Source of the DNA: Candidatus Staskawiczbacteria bacterium
Lineage (GTDB): Bacteria; Patescibacteriota; Minisyncoccia; Minisyncoccales; Staskawiczbacteraceae
Reading direction: 5' to 3'
Assembly: GCA_026395215.1 (NCBI GenBank)
Contig: JAPLZC010000010.1
Location: forward strand, 140,150 to 204,149
DNA: 64,000 nt
Part shown: piece by piece, positions 8,994 to 19,721 of the stretch
Layout: the number at the start of each line of letters is the position of its first letter
Position numbering within the stretch: the stretch's first letter is position 1
The notes under the pieces: model-generated
Databases searched by the model: none
Told to the model about the DNA's origin: nothing
The model's input: only the letters and a program-made list of their open reading frames with translations
Program-made: the position numbers and the translations under genes

Positions 8994-9380
8994 TCATTGA
9001 TTTTTCAGATTAGTGCGAGATGCGCTAAGGCTTATGCCGGAAGATTTAGTGTATGCTTCCAGTTGCTTAACAATAAAGTCTGCTATAGCCTTGTTCAATT
9101 TGCTGTCGAGGGTAAAAACGGATTCGCCTGTTGCCTTATCTAACCATGCAGAGCGATCACCATCTTCCGATCTGAAAACAAACCAAACTTTTTGCATGTT
9201 ACATATAATAACCCTGGCGGTCCATGGATCATCCGATATGACACGAGGTTCCGCATGGTCTATGCAGGAAATTTTCCCCTTAGCGTTACCTTCCTCATCA
9301 GAAAAATCAATAACAAAGCCCACAATAGCGCACCCAAATTCCGGTAACTCTTCCATCCCCTCCCACTTAGATGACTGCAT
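8994..9380 (-). CDS. Hypothetical protein (start likely at MQSSKWEG, preceded by an AAGGAGA SD)
   Basis: The ORF extends to 9401, but a strong SD (aaggagacaaaac) precedes the internal ATG at 9380. No recognisable domains. Confidence 0.4.
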   Translation of the reverse strand: MQSSKWEGMEELPEFGCAIVGFVIDFSDEEGNAKGKISCIDHAEPRVISDDPWTARVIICNMQKVWFVFRSEDGDRSAWLDKATGESVFTLDSKLNKAIADFIVKQLEAYTKSSGISLSASRTNLKNQ

Positions 9381-9668
9381 GTTTTGTCTCCTTCTGTTCA
9401 CGCGGTTAAAGTTGAGGTGCGGTTAAGATAAACAGAAGCCTATTAGTTTCACCTCTGTTGCATATTGCTGGCGAAAGTCCGTCCTCCGGCGATTCTTCAA
9501 TTATTGCCGGCTTGCCTTTGATAGGTTTTTTAACCTTTTTCCTCTTCCGTTTCAATAAGTTGGTCATAACGCACATCCTTTCGTTTACGCCTATGATAAA
9601 AAGAGCTGATAATTCAATCTACAACATACAACAAAAAACTGCAAGTTTTGGCTCGCAGTTTTTTATTT

Positions 9669-12386
9669 TTACTTTTTTGCTTTTGTTAATTTTGGTCTTT
9701 CGGTAAATCTGGGCATAAGCTTTGGCGTGTCAAAAGTCATTTTGCCTTCGCCAGTTGGCGAATTGTCTGCATCAATCAAAATTCGTGAACCTTCGGCAAT
9801 TTCATTGGTGACAATTTTTATAGACAACGGGTCTAAAATTAGACGCTGGATAACTCTTTTCAACGGTCTGGCTCCCAAATTGGCATCAAAACCTTCTTTA
9901 ACTAAAAGCTCTTTGGCTTTATCTGAAATACCAATTTTTATCTCCTTTGTAGCCAAACGTTTCTCAACTTTGGCCAATTCCAAATCAACAATTGTTTTAA
10001 TCTGCTCTTTTTGTAAATAATTAAAAATAACAACTTCATCAATTCTGTTCAAAAATTCCGGCCTGAATGAATCCTTTAAGGTGTCCATTATTTTTTCCTT
10101 CATTGACTCGCGCTGTTCTAACTCTTCTTTGTTATTAAACCCAAGGGAAGACATTTTGTTTATGTAATCAGAACCCAAGTTAGATGTCATTATAATAATT
10201 GTATTTTTAAATGACACTACTCTACCTTTAGAATCTGTCAGCCTTCCATCTTCAAAAATTTGCAACAAAAGATTAAACACATCAGGATGGGCTTTCTCAA
10301 CTTCATCTAATAACAAAACAGAATACGGCCTGCGCCTGACTTTTTCTGTAAGCTGTCCGGCTTCTTCATATCCCACATATCCTGGAGGACTTCCAATCAT
10401 TTTTGAAACCGTGTGTTTCTCCATATACTCAGACATGTCCATTCTTATTAAGGCCTTTTCGTCGTCAAACAAAAACTCTGCCAAAGCGCGGGCACACTCT
10501 GTTTTTCCAACACCAGTAGGCCCCAAAAATAAGAAAGACCCTAAAGGTTTGTTCTCTTCGGAAATTCCGGCCCTAGCCCTGCGTATGGCGCGAGATATGG
10601 CAGAAATTGCCTCTTGCTGTCCTACAACTCTTCTGTTCAAAGTATCTTCCATTGTCTCTAATTTTTTAGCTTCCTCTGTTATCAAGCGCATTACAGGTAT
10701 TCCTGTCCAGCGCGAAACAACTTTGGCAACTTCTTCTTCTGTAACTTCTTCTTTAAGAAATCTGTGCTCTTTTTGAATTTTAATTAATTTTTGTTCTATC
10801 TCAGAGGACTCTTTCAACAATTCGGGAATTCTTCCATATTTAATTTCGGCCACCTTTTCTAGGTCGGCTTCCCGCTGAGCAATTTCTGTTTGGTAAGAAA
10901 GATTATCTAATTTTTCTCTAATATCTTTAATTTTATTTATAAGCTCTTTCTCTGTTCCCCATTTTAACCTAAGAGCTTTTGTTTTTTCATTCAAATCTGC
11001 CAACTCTCTGGCAATAACCTTTAATCTTTTTTCAGATCCTTTTTCTTTCTTAAGCGCCTGCTTTTCAATTTCCAACTTCATTATTGCTTCATCAAAAGTT
11101 TCCAATTCTTGAGGGTCAGATTCATTCTCCAATCTTAAAGCACTGGCCGCTTCGTCCATTAAGTCAACTGCTTTGTCTGGCAGAAATCTGTCAGAAATAT
11201 ATCTGTTTGCCAATTCTACGGCCGCTTTTATTGCAGAATCTTTTATTTTAACTCCATGGTGAACTTCATATTTTTCTTTAATACCGCGCAACATTGCAAC
11301 GGCATCATCCACAGAGGGCTCCTGTACATAAATTGGCTGAAACCTTCTTTCCAGTGCAGCATCTTTTTCAATATATTTTTGGTATTCCTTTAAAGTTGTA
11401 GCTCCAATTGCTCTTAATTCTCCTCTGGCCAATGCTGGTTTCAAAAGGTTTGAGGCATCAATTGCACCCTCAGCAGCTCCCGCGCCAACTATTGTATGAA
11501 GCTCATCTATAAATAAAATATATTTACCAGCTGACCTAGATAATTCTTTTAACAAAGCTTTAATTCTTGTCTCAAATTCTCCTCTATATTTTGTTCCTGC
11601 AATTATGGCTCCCAAATCTAAAGAAATAACTTCTTTATTTCTCAAAAAATCCGGCACATTTCCTCTGGCGATTCTTTGGGCAAAACCTTCCACAATAGCT
11701 GTTTTTCCAACTCCGGCTTCTCCAATTAACACCGGATTATTTTTTGTCCTTCTAGAAATTATTTGCATTAATCTCCTAATTTCATTATCTCTGCCAACTA
11801 TTGGGTCAATTTTTCCGGCTGAAGCCAGATTGGTTAAATTCCTGGTATATTTTTCAATTACTTGATATTTTGATTCTGGTTCGGGATCTGTAATGCGTTG
11901 CCCTCCCCTTATTTGTGACAAAACTTTCATTACCGCCTCGTAATCAAGCTTGGAACTTTTTAGATTATTTCCTTCACCCGAGGCCAAAAAATTAACTTTT
12001 TCCAAAATATCCTTGGCTCCCGATTTTGTATCCAATACAGCCAAAAACAAATGCTCAACGGAAATAAACTCGTCATTCATTTTGATTGCTTCCTGCCTTG
12101 CTCTATCTAAAGCTTTTGCCATATCTTGCGTAAGATAAAACTGCCCAAACGCCTGCGGTGTTGAAATTACTGGAATTTTAGTAATTTGTATTTCAACCTT
12201 CTTCATTAATGCTTCGGCATCAACTCCAAGTTTTTGCAAAACTGTAATTACTATACTTCCCTCTTGAGAAAGTAAAACCAACAATAAATGCAGGGCATCA
12301 ATTTGTGATTGCCCCTTCTCCTGCGCCAATTGTTGCGCCTGCATTAAAGCATCCTGCGCCTTATTAGTAAAATTAGCTCCATTCAT
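9669..12386 (-). CDS. clpB: ATP-dependent chaperone ClpB
   Basis: 905 aa with an N-terminal Clp_N repeat. Two AAA+ modules carry Walker A motifs [13 protein letters not shown] and [10 protein letters not shown] long middle coiled-coil domain is present. Confidence 0.9.
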   Translation of the reverse strand: MNGANFTNKAQDALMQAQQLAQEKGQSQIDALHLLLVLLSQEGSIVITVLQKLGVDAEALMKKVEIQITKIPVISTPQAFGQFYLTQDMAKALDRARQEAIKMNDEFISVEHLFLAVLDTKSGAKDILEKVNFLASGEGNNLKSSKLDYEAVMKVLSQIRGGQRITDPEPESKYQVIEKYTRNLTNLASAGKIDPIVGRDNEIRRLMQIISRRTKNNPVLIGEAGVGKTAIVEGFAQRIARGNVPDFLRNKEVISLDLGAIIAGTKYRGEFETRIKALLKELSRSAGKYILFIDELHTIVGAGAAEGAIDASNLLKPALARGELRAIGATTLKEYQKYIEKDAALERRFQPIYVQEPSVDDAVAMLRGIKEKYEVHHGVKIKDSAIKAAVELANRYISDRFLPDKAVDLMDEAASALRLENESDPQELETFDEAIMKLEIEKQALKKEKGSEKRLKVIARELADLNEKTKALRLKWGTEKELINKIKDIREKLDNLSYQTEIAQREADLEKVAEIKYGRIPELLKESSEIEQKLIKIQKEHRFLKEEVTEEEVAKVVSRWTGIPVMRLITEEAKKLETMEDTLNRRVVGQQEAISAISRAIRRARAGISEENKPLGSFLFLGPTGVGKTECARALAEFLFDDEKALIRMDMSEYMEKHTVSKMIGSPPGYVGYEEAGQLTEKVRRRPYSVLLLDEVEKAHPDVFNLLLQIFEDGRLTDSKGRVVSFKNTIIIMTSNLGSDYINKMSSLGFNNKEELEQRESMKEKIMDTLKDSFRPEFLNRIDEVVIFNYLQKEQIKTIVDLELAKVEKRLATKEIKIGISDKAKELLVKEGFDANLGARPLKRVIQRLILDPLSIKIVTNEIAEGSRILIDADNSPTGEGKMTFDTPKLMPRFTERPKLTKAKK

Positions 12387-12520
12387 AATATTTTATTATT
12401 ATAATTTAATACTTTATTTTATCCTAAACCCAACAATAAATCAATAGCACTCCCCAGTCAAGAGTGCTAATTAATAAACAAAAAAAACCAGGAACTATTC
12501 CTGGATCTATTGATGCCTGT

Positions 12521-12781
12521 CTAAGGAGACGGCCTGCTTGCGACACGCATGATGCTGTTTATGCCCAGCATTTTGGGATCTACCCTCTCAACAACCTTGT
12601 CATGGCCTATTGCTAGGGGTTCTAATAAGCAAATCCTGCCGTCTTCTAAAACAAAGAAACACAATGCCACTCCCCTCATGAAGATTTCTCCGCTGTCATC
12701 CAATCTGAAAAAACTGAAATCCTTGAGCTCTCCGAGTTCCGTTGTGTGGCCCGGCACATTTTTGTTGACCATTTGTTTCAT
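12521..12781 (-). CDS. Hypothetical protein (GC-rich islet)
   Basis: 86-aa ORF in a GC-rich stretch. Followed by a terminator hairpin at about 12449-12470. Confidence 0.3.
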   Translation of the reverse strand: MKQMVNKNVPGHTTELGELKDFSFFRLDDSGEIFMRGVALCFFVLEDGRICLLEPLAIGHDKVVERVDPKMLGINSIMRVASRPSP

Positions 12782-12938
12782 GATTTACTCCCTTTAAAGA
12801 ACCAATGTCATATTATATATTTTATCCCCCAAAGTCAAACAAAAAAAGAACCCGGAAACGTGAGAGCAACCTTTCGTAAGGTTGTATTCTGCACGTTCCC
12901 GGGCATTTATCGGCGCGATTCGCCCAACTTCTCACGGG

Positions 12939-13366
12939 CTACGCGCATTTCTCCGCTGTGAAGACGTCGGCCGCGGTAGGAAAGACACCTAGTGATCCTT
13001 CACGGGCGCCGGCGGTGGCCTGCTGGGTTGTGGCAGTAACGCGCGGATTCGGGTTAGAGACAACCGTCACCGATGTAGGCAGGACACGCTGGTCGGAAGT
13101 TGCCGGTACGGCACATTCCAGACTGCCCTCGGGCGCATTGGCGCGGTTGCCACTGTTGCCGACCGTCACGCTGTCCAGCGCAACAATCATGTTTTCCGGC
13201 GCATTAATGTCAACCATAGCCTCTGACGGTGGCGACGTGTCGACGATGGCCGTGATTTGCGTGCCGTTCGGCGCGTTGGCCGGCGGACCCGCGGTGGTCT
13301 GCATCATCGCAATGCCTAATGCGGCAACCGCGATGCTTGCAATCATGAGCTGACTCAGCTTCATGA
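12939..13366 (-). CDS. Secreted hypothetical protein (GC-rich islet)
   Basis: Strong SD (AAAAGGAGGA) 7 nt upstream of ATG at 13366. Signal peptide MKLSQLMIASIAVAALGIAMMQTTAG. The mature part is Thr/Ala/Pro/Asn-rich. GC is near 60%, against a background of about 35%. A compound terminator hairpin lies at 12850-12920. Confidence 0.5.
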
Positions 13367-13575
13367 TATTTCCTCCTTTTGGGGGGTTTGTTGTACTTGA
13401 TATGACTGGTACCGACCAGCCAACGGAGATTCTACAAAGTGTCAAAGAGCTATTGCTCTTTCAAAAAACATTAAACGCATCCTTTTATTAATTCCATACT
13501 ACTACAAGAAAATCAAACAGTCAAAAAAAAGCAGCCAGATTTCTCGGGCCGCATCAACGCGCGTTAAGCGCATAT

Positions 13576-13821
13576 TTAGGGAGCAGACAAAGCTCCAAAT
13601 GGCTTTGGGAGCTCAACAAGGATAGAGTAGACTTTCTCCACACCTTCCATTGCCTCGAAGGGTACAGGGTCTAACTCACCTTTGTTATCAACGCTGATTA
13701 CCTTTTGTGTCGCGCTAAGTTTAGACACATGATATCTGTGTCCTGACTTAACCACCGCATCTGTCACCTCGCGCACTTTTCCTTTTTTCGCACCCAACTT
13801 CATCCTAATTATCATAACCAT
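13576..13821 (-). CDS. Small ferredoxin-like/ACT-type domain protein resembling the N-terminal regulatory domain of Thermotoga-type DAHP synthase (possible gene remnant)
   Basis: 81 aa. The ...HVSKLSATQKVISVDNKGELDPVPFEAMEGVEKVYSILVELPKP pattern resembles the FL regulatory domain of DAHPS (xHxSKGxxxTVIGxxGD...FExLxGVExVxxIxxPYK). No catalytic TIM-barrel follows. Confidence 0.3.
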   Translation of the reverse strand: MVMIIRMKLGAKKGKVREVTDAVVKSGHRYHVSKLSATQKVISVDNKGELDPVPFEAMEGVEKVYSILVELPKPFGALSAP

Positions 13822-13839
13822 CTCCTTTTTTACAGTTAC

Positions 13840-14679
13840 TTAACCAGCATTTGCCGCAATAGTCGCCTTATGGTAAGAGCCGAGTACCTTCAAATAGGTT
13901 CTCTCTCTTATTTTTGACAGCGCCACCCGCAAATCTTCATCCCTTTGATGCCCATCCACGTCCACAATAAACAGGCATTCTCCCAACTTCCTATTCGGAG
14001 ATCTGGTAGACAGAATCGTTCCAATGTTAATGTCCAAAACACCAAAGACTTCCAACACCTCCAACAATGCTCTGGGTTTATCGGACACACCGAAAATTAA
14101 AGTTGTTCGGTTATTTTCATTAAGTGGTGGTCTTCTTCCTCCAAGAACAACAAAACGAGTTTGATTGTCCGGGAAGTCACTGATATTACTAGCGATAATT
14201 GGAACGCCGTATTTTCCCGCGGCGTATTGTGTCCCAATTGCAGCAATTGTAGGATCTTTCTTATCGGCAACCAGCTTGACCGATGCGCTTGTACTTCCTA
14301 AGGCCTGAGTTGTAATATCCGGCATGCCCTCAAGAAATCTGCGACACTGATCCAATGGCTGGGAATGAGAATAAACCATCTTGATCTGATCCTTATGGCC
14401 AAAGCCAACCAAATAAGACCTTATGTTCCAGATGATTTCGCCGGTTATTTGATAACCGTCGCTACTCTCTGTGAGCAGATCAAGCACCCATTGAACCTGC
14501 CAACCAATCGCATTGACTATTGGCAGGACTACCTTCCAAACCTTCTTCTCTCGCATTGCCTGAGCGAACCTTGAAGGCTCAAGAGAAATCAACTTGCAAT
14601 TGTCACTGTCGCCGACGTGCAAGGCAACTTCGTGTGAATACGATCCTTCTGGACCCAGATAACCGATTGTCTTTTTCAT
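13840..14679 (-). CDS. pheA: Prephenate dehydratase (PDT plus ACT domain)
   Basis: KTIGYLGPEGSYSHEVA PDT N-terminal signature, with a C-terminal ACT region. The ORF runs to 14736, but GGAGGA sits 6 nt before the ATG at 14679 (MKKTIGY...). Confidence 0.75.
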   Translation of the reverse strand: MKKTIGYLGPEGSYSHEVALHVGDSDNCKLISLEPSRFAQAMREKKVWKVVLPIVNAIGWQVQWVLDLLTESSDGYQITGEIIWNIRSYLVGFGHKDQIKMVYSHSQPLDQCRRFLEGMPDITTQALGSTSASVKLVADKKDPTIAAIGTQYAAGKYGVPIIASNISDFPDNQTRFVVLGGRRPPLNENNRTTLIFGVSDKPRALLEVLEVFGVLDINIGTILSTRSPNRKLGECLFIVDVDGHQRDEDLRVALSKIRERTYLKVLGSYHKATIAANAG

Positions 14680-14737
14680 CACCATTCCTCCATTTGGTTT
14701 GTTTGTTTTGTTCCCTATTCTGTTGTCAAAAAGCAAA

Positions 14738-14758
14738 AGCTCCTCGGTGAGAGGAGCT
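14738..14758 (-). terminator. Terminator-like hairpin (agctcctc/gaggagct) with minus-strand T-run
   Basis: 8-bp perfect stem, with A-rich sequence on the plus-strand side (T-run on the minus strand). Downstream of surface protein gene 14915-16498. Confidence 0.4.
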
Positions 14759-14914
14759 TGTTTGAAGTTTTAATTTTGTTTCTTAATTAAACGCTCAAAC
14801 CAACCCCTCTCATTGAGAAGCTAAAGAAGAAAAAATAATTATTCTTTCTGTTGGTTTGTTTCATAACAATTTTTAGTCTATCAGATACAAGGATACGTGT
14901 CAACAGTCTAGACT

Positions 14915-16498
14915 TTATTGGCCACGCAGGTTAAGTATCTTCCTAAACGTAGCCGCCCCGACAAAACCTGTGCCTTTAGTGAGACCGGAAGGAGTTAATA
15001 CATCCTTCTTATAGCACTCCTGAAACTTTTTGACTGCGTTCCATGTCTTTATGCTAAAAGTGGTGGTTTCATTTCCCGGAGAACCGGCTCCACTGACAGA
15101 AACTTTGCAAGATGTTTGGGGACAACCTAAATTAGGACAACCCGCCTTGGCGCTGTTTAAAAATTTCTGCAGTTGTCTGACGTCTTCGCCCCTCATGCCA
15201 AGTCTCAACGCACGAGTAAAAGTGAATTGCTCTGAACCAGGACAGGTACCACTAAAGGTTGCTTTTATGGTTTTGTTTGAATTCATTGTTACGGTTATAG
15301 GGTTATTTGTGCCTGAAGCATCAACTGACCACCCGGTAAAATTACAATCGATTGTAGTTACAGCAGTAAGTGTTACTTGTGTGCCTTCAAAATAACTTGA
15401 CCAATTAAGATTTTTTGTTATTGAACCACCACCAATTGTTGATGTTGAAATTGTATAATAGTTACCTCCTCCGCCACCGCCACCACCTATGCTGTTAATT
15501 GCAAAGGTTGCTGTGACAGAAATATTTCCTGTTACATTTGTGTCGGTTCTTGGATTTTGTGTTGAACCGTCACTCCAACTTACAAAATGATAATTAGTAT
15601 TTGCTGCGGCAGTAACAGCTGTTCCGCTTGCACCAGAAGCTACCATCTGCGGAGCGGTACCAGAAATATAGCCGTTAACTCCTGCAGTATAGTTTAAGGA
15701 ATAACAACTCCTGCTTAAAACCGGAGTTCCACCGGTGCAACCTGAGGGAGATTGAGTAGCAACGGTTCTTGTCTGACTTCCTCCAGCAGAACAGGTCCCC
15801 CAATCAGAATAAGTAAAAGAAGTGCAGGTGGGAACAACTGGCGGTGTGCAGCTCTGGCTCAAAATCGGACTTCCGCCTGTGCAACCTGCTGGAGATTGAG
15901 TAGCTATTGTGTGCGTTTGAGTACCTCCTGCTGAACAAGTTCCCCAATCAGAGTAAGTAAATGCTGTACAGGTAGGAAGAGCGATATACCGGACACAACG
16001 GACTAAGCGTGTGCCGTATTTGCCGTCTTTGTACTGGTTCCCATCGTTGTACTGGGCCCAGGCGTAGTAGGAGTTGTACTCCGTGGAGGACCAGTAGTAG
16101 AGCCCACCCATGCCTAATGCTCCTTTATTAACATACAACGTGTTCAATTCATCCTTCGCCGGCAAATACCAGTCTGTATGTCCACCGGTACTCATATTCT
16201 TACAATAATACGCTGCCACATACCTAGACCCTCTGGCCGCCAGATTATTTGTATTAGCTGCCCCGTCAGTCGTACTGGTCGCGCCTGTAACGACATTTTC
16301 ATTAGCCCACTGCATTGTTCCGGCATCACTCAGTGTGGTGCGAAGTGTAGGGGTGACATACACCGTGCCATCTGCGCACACTGTTCCTACGGCCGGAGTT
16401 CCAGCGCAAAGATCAGCTTGAGCGTGAAGCACTTGTCCACCAAATAATAAACCTGTTGTGGCTAAAACAACTGCAAATAATAGAGATTTAATTTTCAT
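14915..16498 (-). CDS. Secreted surface protein with a DUF1566-like domain, Cys-rich duplicated modules, a poly-Gly linker and a C-terminal peptidoglycan-binding-like domain
   Basis: Signal peptide MKIKSLLFAVVLATTGLLFGGQVLHA. TDWYLPAKDELNTLY is DUF1566/Lcl-like. The PTCT(A/S)FTYSDWGTCSAGG(T/S)QT(H/R)T(I/V)ATQSP(A/S)GCTGG(S/T)P(I/V)LS(Q/R)SC module is duplicated. The C-terminus has LRLGMRGEDVRQLQKFLN...SGAGSPGNETTTF, which is PG_binding_1-like and paralogous to the 1-1242 protein. Confidence 0.6.
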   Translation of the reverse strand: MKIKSLLFAVVLATTGLLFGGQVLHAQADLCAGTPAVGTVCADGTVYVTPTLRTTLSDAGTMQWANENVVTGATSTTDGAANTNNLAARGSRYVAAYYCKNMSTGGHTDWYLPAKDELNTLYVNKGALGMGGLYYWSSTEYNSYYAWAQYNDGNQYKDGKYGTRLVRCVRYIALPTCTAFTYSDWGTCSAGGTQTHTIATQSPAGCTGGSPILSQSCTPPVVPTCTSFTYSDWGTCSAGGSQTRTVATQSPSGCTGGTPVLSRSCYSLNYTAGVNGYISGTAPQMVASGASGTAVTAAANTNYHFVSWSDGSTQNPRTDTNVTGNISVTATFAINSIGGGGGGGGNYYTISTSTIGGGSITKNLNWSSYFEGTQVTLTAVTTIDCNFTGWSVDASGTNNPITVTMNSNKTIKATFSGTCPGSEQFTFTRALRLGMRGEDVRQLQKFLNSAKAGCPNLGCPQTSCKVSVSGAGSPGNETTTFSIKTWNAVKKFQECYKKDVLTPSGLTKGTGFVGAATFRKILNLRGQ

Positions 16499-16503
16499 AT
16501 TTG

Positions 16504-16740
16504 TTATTTTTTAATTTTATTTTGGCAAGCAAAAATACATTCTTCTTTTGTTAAAAATTTGTTTTTAGCAATTGGGCCGGCGCCAGGGAAAGTCCACCCC
16601 ATACTTCCAATGTGAATGCATGCCGTCTGACAATTAATTTTCACTTTTGGCGCATTAGATTGCATATTCCAAATGCTAATTGCAAAAATTATTATCAAAA
16701 TAATTAATATCGCTATACCTACTTTTTCTCTTGTTTGCAT
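16504..16740 (-). CDS. Small Cys-rich membrane-anchored/secreted protein
   Basis: 78 aa with an N-terminal hydrophobic segment and 5 cysteines (CQTACIHIGS...EECIFACQN). Confidence 0.35.
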   Translation of the reverse strand: MQTREKVGIAILIILIIIFAISIWNMQSNAPKVKINCQTACIHIGSMGWTFPGAGPIAKNKFLTKEECIFACQNKIKK

Positions 16741-16759
16741 TGTTTTTATTTATTAATTA

Positions 16760-17356
16760 TTAAAATATTTTCTGTGTTTGAAAAGGATTATTAATACAAT
16801 CCGCATCTGAATTTTGGTCGTCACTACAGGTACAATCTTGGCAGATGATACATTTTATTCCGTAGACATTTAAGTCTTTATCGGTCAAAACAACATAACC
16901 ACAACCGATTTTCCCGTCCCCTATCCCGGTATCAGAAGAAGGGGTATCAGAAAGCACAACTTCATAATATCCTCCTTGGACAAAATAGTCGGCGTTATAA
17001 TCTGATTTATAAAATTCAGAAAGATAGTGAGTATTATTGTTTAAAGACGGATTATCCGACCCTTCGCCCCCATTTGAACCGTAAAAATCTTCGGGACCGC
17101 AAATATAGTCAGGCTCTCCGGGATTCCCATCGCAGATTGCTTGATCATTTGGATAGTCGCCATATTGGGCGGAAAAGGCGAGCAAGGCTTTTTCTATGTT
17201 TTTGGCGTCTGCATTTGCCCGCGATTCTTTTGCTTTGCCAATATAAAAAACCACATTGGCCGTAACAATGCCAGCTAAAATAGCGATTATGGCAACAACC
17301 ACTACAAGCTCAATAATAGTAAACCCACCTGAAAGCCTATTTTTTATTTTATTCAT
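16760..17356 (-). CDS. Type IV pilin / pseudopilin (prepilin-type N-terminal cleavage/methylation domain)
   Basis: MNKIKNRLSGG/FTIIELVVVVAIIAILAGIV is a class III signal with a G|FTxxE motif. The Cys-rich C-terminus (CINNPF, CIICQDCTC) is typical of pilin disulfides. The ORF continues to 17371, but the pilin leader starts at the internal Met. Confidence 0.7.
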   Translation of the reverse strand: MNKIKNRLSGGFTIIELVVVVAIIAILAGIVTANVVFYIGKAKESRANADAKNIEKALLAFSAQYGDYPNDQAICDGNPGEPDYICGPEDFYGSNGGEGSDNPSLNNNTHYLSEFYKSDYNADYFVQGGYYEVVLSDTPSSDTGIGDGKIGCGYVVLTDKDLNVYGIKCIICQDCTCSDDQNSDADCINNPFQTQKIF

Positions 17357-17445
17357 GCAAATTATTGTCAATAATATTTATTGCCTATACTATATTATAT
17401 AATTTCTAAAAAATTAGATAAAGGCGCACACCGATATTATAATTT

Positions 17446-18783
17446 TTATGAGCTTCTCTCGCCCAGTGTCACGTCAACGTCTATTTCCCGCCCTGCAGGG
17501 GCGGCTTTATCATTCCTTAAAATGTGCAAAGTAATTTTATCGCCGGGATTATATTTCTGGATTATTTTTGCCATTGAATTATTCTTGGTAATTTTTTCTC
17601 CGTTGATTTCTAAAATAACATCCTTCTCTTTTATGCCGGCTTTCTCTGCGGCAGAATTGGCAGTTACGGCTGGTTCTCCTTTATCGCCTTCCAAAACCAA
17701 CGCTCCATAATCTATAGACAGTTTATATTTTTCTTTAACTTGTTCATCAACCAAAATATATCTTACACCCAAAAAAGGATAAACAATTTTGTTATTTTTT
17801 ACAACCTGGTCAATATCTTTTTTTGCCATATTTATTGGAAGCGCAAAACCAATACTTTGGGCTCCTTCTGCCATAGCTGTATTTATACCTATAACCTCGC
17901 CTTTCAAATTAACCAACGGTCCGCCGGAATTTCCCGAGTTAATGGCAGTATCTGTTTGAATAATTCCTTCAAGAGTTTCAGAAAAAGAACCAATATTGTC
18001 AGAAGCCGAAATAGTCCTTCCTAAACCCGAAACTACGCCCACTGAAACTGTGTTACTAAATTGCCCCAAAGCGTTTCCAATTGCAATTGCTGTCTGTCCA
18101 ATTTGTATTCCCGAAGAATCTCCCAAAATTACTGATGGAAATGGAATGAATTCTTTAACATTTGGAAGCTGGATCTTTATTATAGCCAAATCTTGTACTG
18201 GGTCTAATGCCAAAACTTTGGCGTTATATTTTTGACCGTCATTTGTAAAAACAGCGTATTCGGCACTGCGGTCTGAAACAACGTGTTTATTGGTTAGAAT
18301 AAGTCCATCTTCTGAAACTATAAACCCAGACCCAGCGCCAATTTCCTGCAACTGTGTCCCTTTTTGCACTTGCTGAGGAATTTGTAAATTAAAATCAGGA
18401 AAAAGGTCGCCGAAAGGATTACCATTGTCTCCCATAGGATCTACAAACTGCTGTTCATAAACTGGCACATTCTTAGAAATTACAATACTTACTACAGAAG
18501 GTGAAACATTTTTTGCTACGTCAATTATAGCCTGCTCATAAGCAAATGCCGATGTATATATTTTCTGAACCTCCAGATTCTCAATTTCAGCCACATCCTC
18601 TAAAATAGGCCTAGTAAAATAATTAATAAATTCCTGCGTCTGTGCTGGGAAATATTGCCAAGCAATTATGCTTGCAGAATATCCAAACAGACACAAGGCC
18701 ACAATTAAATAAAAAATACCCAAAAAAATCCTATTTTTTATAATCTTATTTAAATCAAATTTTGGAAGGTTATATAAATTCAT
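17446..18783 (-). CDS. htrA: HtrA/DegP-family serine protease with PDZ domain
   Basis: N-terminal TM. Trypsin-like catalytic motifs (TNKHVV, GNSGGPLVN). The C-terminal PDZ domain includes EINGEKIT. Confidence 0.85.
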   Translation of the reverse strand: MNLYNLPKFDLNKIIKNRIFLGIFYLIVALCLFGYSASIIAWQYFPAQTQEFINYFTRPILEDVAEIENLEVQKIYTSAFAYEQAIIDVAKNVSPSVVSIVISKNVPVYEQQFVDPMGDNGNPFGDLFPDFNLQIPQQVQKGTQLQEIGAGSGFIVSEDGLILTNKHVVSDRSAEYAVFTNDGQKYNAKVLALDPVQDLAIIKIQLPNVKEFIPFPSVILGDSSGIQIGQTAIAIGNALGQFSNTVSVGVVSGLGRTISASDNIGSFSETLEGIIQTDTAINSGNSGGPLVNLKGEVIGINTAMAEGAQSIGFALPINMAKKDIDQVVKNNKIVYPFLGVRYILVDEQVKEKYKLSIDYGALVLEGDKGEPAVTANSAAEKAGIKEKDVILEINGEKITKNNSMAKIIQKYNPGDKITLHILRNDKAAPAGREIDVDVTLGERSS

Positions 18784-18810
18784 ATTTTAATATATAAATA
18801 CGAATAATAA

Positions 18811-19530
18811 TTATTTTTTAGTGCCTTCTTTATTTTTATAGTGTCCAAACTTATATTTAAATATATCAGATCTTACCGGTCCAATAAAAATCATGTAAAG
18901 TTCACAAAGAAAGAATTTGATTCCAGTTCTAAACCAGCCGTCAGTTTTGAGCCTTCTATCTGACGAATAAAGTATAACAGACTTTATTATACCAAAGTTG
19001 GCTATTTTATTAGCACGCCTCGCAAAATCCATATCTTCAGCAATTTTTATTGTTTCGTCAAACCCCTTCAATTCATCATATAAATCCCTCTTTACCAATA
19101 TACCCATTGCCGCGTGTGGTAAAACTTTTTCTAGAAAACGCATGGGTCTGTTATAATAATATTCCAAAAGATGGTCTAAAAAACGGTTTGTAGGATATGT
19201 TTTTATACAAAAACTGGCAATATCGAGATTCCTTTCTTCGAACTCCGCTAAAGATTTATCCAAAAATCCTTCTGACAAAATAACGTCAGAATCTAAAAAG
19301 AACAGTACATCTCCTTTGGCAATTTTTGCCCCCTCGTTTCTACCTTTGGCAGGTAACCCTCCAGAAGTTATAATGCAATTATATCTTTTTGCAATTTCAA
19401 GTGTTTTATCTTTAGAGCCAGCATCAGCCAAAATTATTTCGTAGTCAAAAAACTTTTGGTCTTTTATAGAAGCCAAAAGCAACGGCAAATACTTCTCTTC
19501 GTTTAGCGATGGAATAATAATACTTATCAT
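18811..19530 (-). CDS. Glycosyltransferase family 2
   Basis: MISIIIPSLNEEKYLPLLLASI, ADAGSKDKT and DSD motifs are all GT-A fold signatures. Confidence 0.75.
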   Translation of the reverse strand: MISIIIPSLNEEKYLPLLLASIKDQKFFDYEIILADAGSKDKTLEIAKRYNCIITSGGLPAKGRNEGAKIAKGDVLFFLDSDVILSEGFLDKSLAEFEERNLDIASFCIKTYPTNRFLDHLLEYYYNRPMRFLEKVLPHAAMGILVKRDLYDELKGFDETIKIAEDMDFARRANKIANFGIIKSVILYSSDRRLKTDGWFRTGIKFFLCELYMIFIGPVRSDIFKYKFGHYKNKEGTKK

Positions 19531-19721
19531 ATTATTTATTTTGTATTAAACAAAAGTTTGGCTTCCTGCCATATCTGTGGCTGATTTTGCTTCTCTTTCA
19601 TCCAATACCACCAAGTCGCTCGTTCCTCGCTCCTTCAAAACCCTCGGTTTTGAATAATTTCCTACACGGGAGGAAGTCCTTCCTCCCGACCCCTCCTTAA
19701 ATGGTGGTATTGTTCTCAAAA

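Noticed and set aside
9406-9567. 53-aa highly basic minus-strand ORF (MTNLLKRKRKKVKKP...) with an AAAGGA SD in the clpB-downstream intergenic region
   Set aside because: It is short and low-complexity, overlaps the likely upstream region of the 8994-9380 gene, and has no support beyond the SD. It cannot be called confidently without conservation data.
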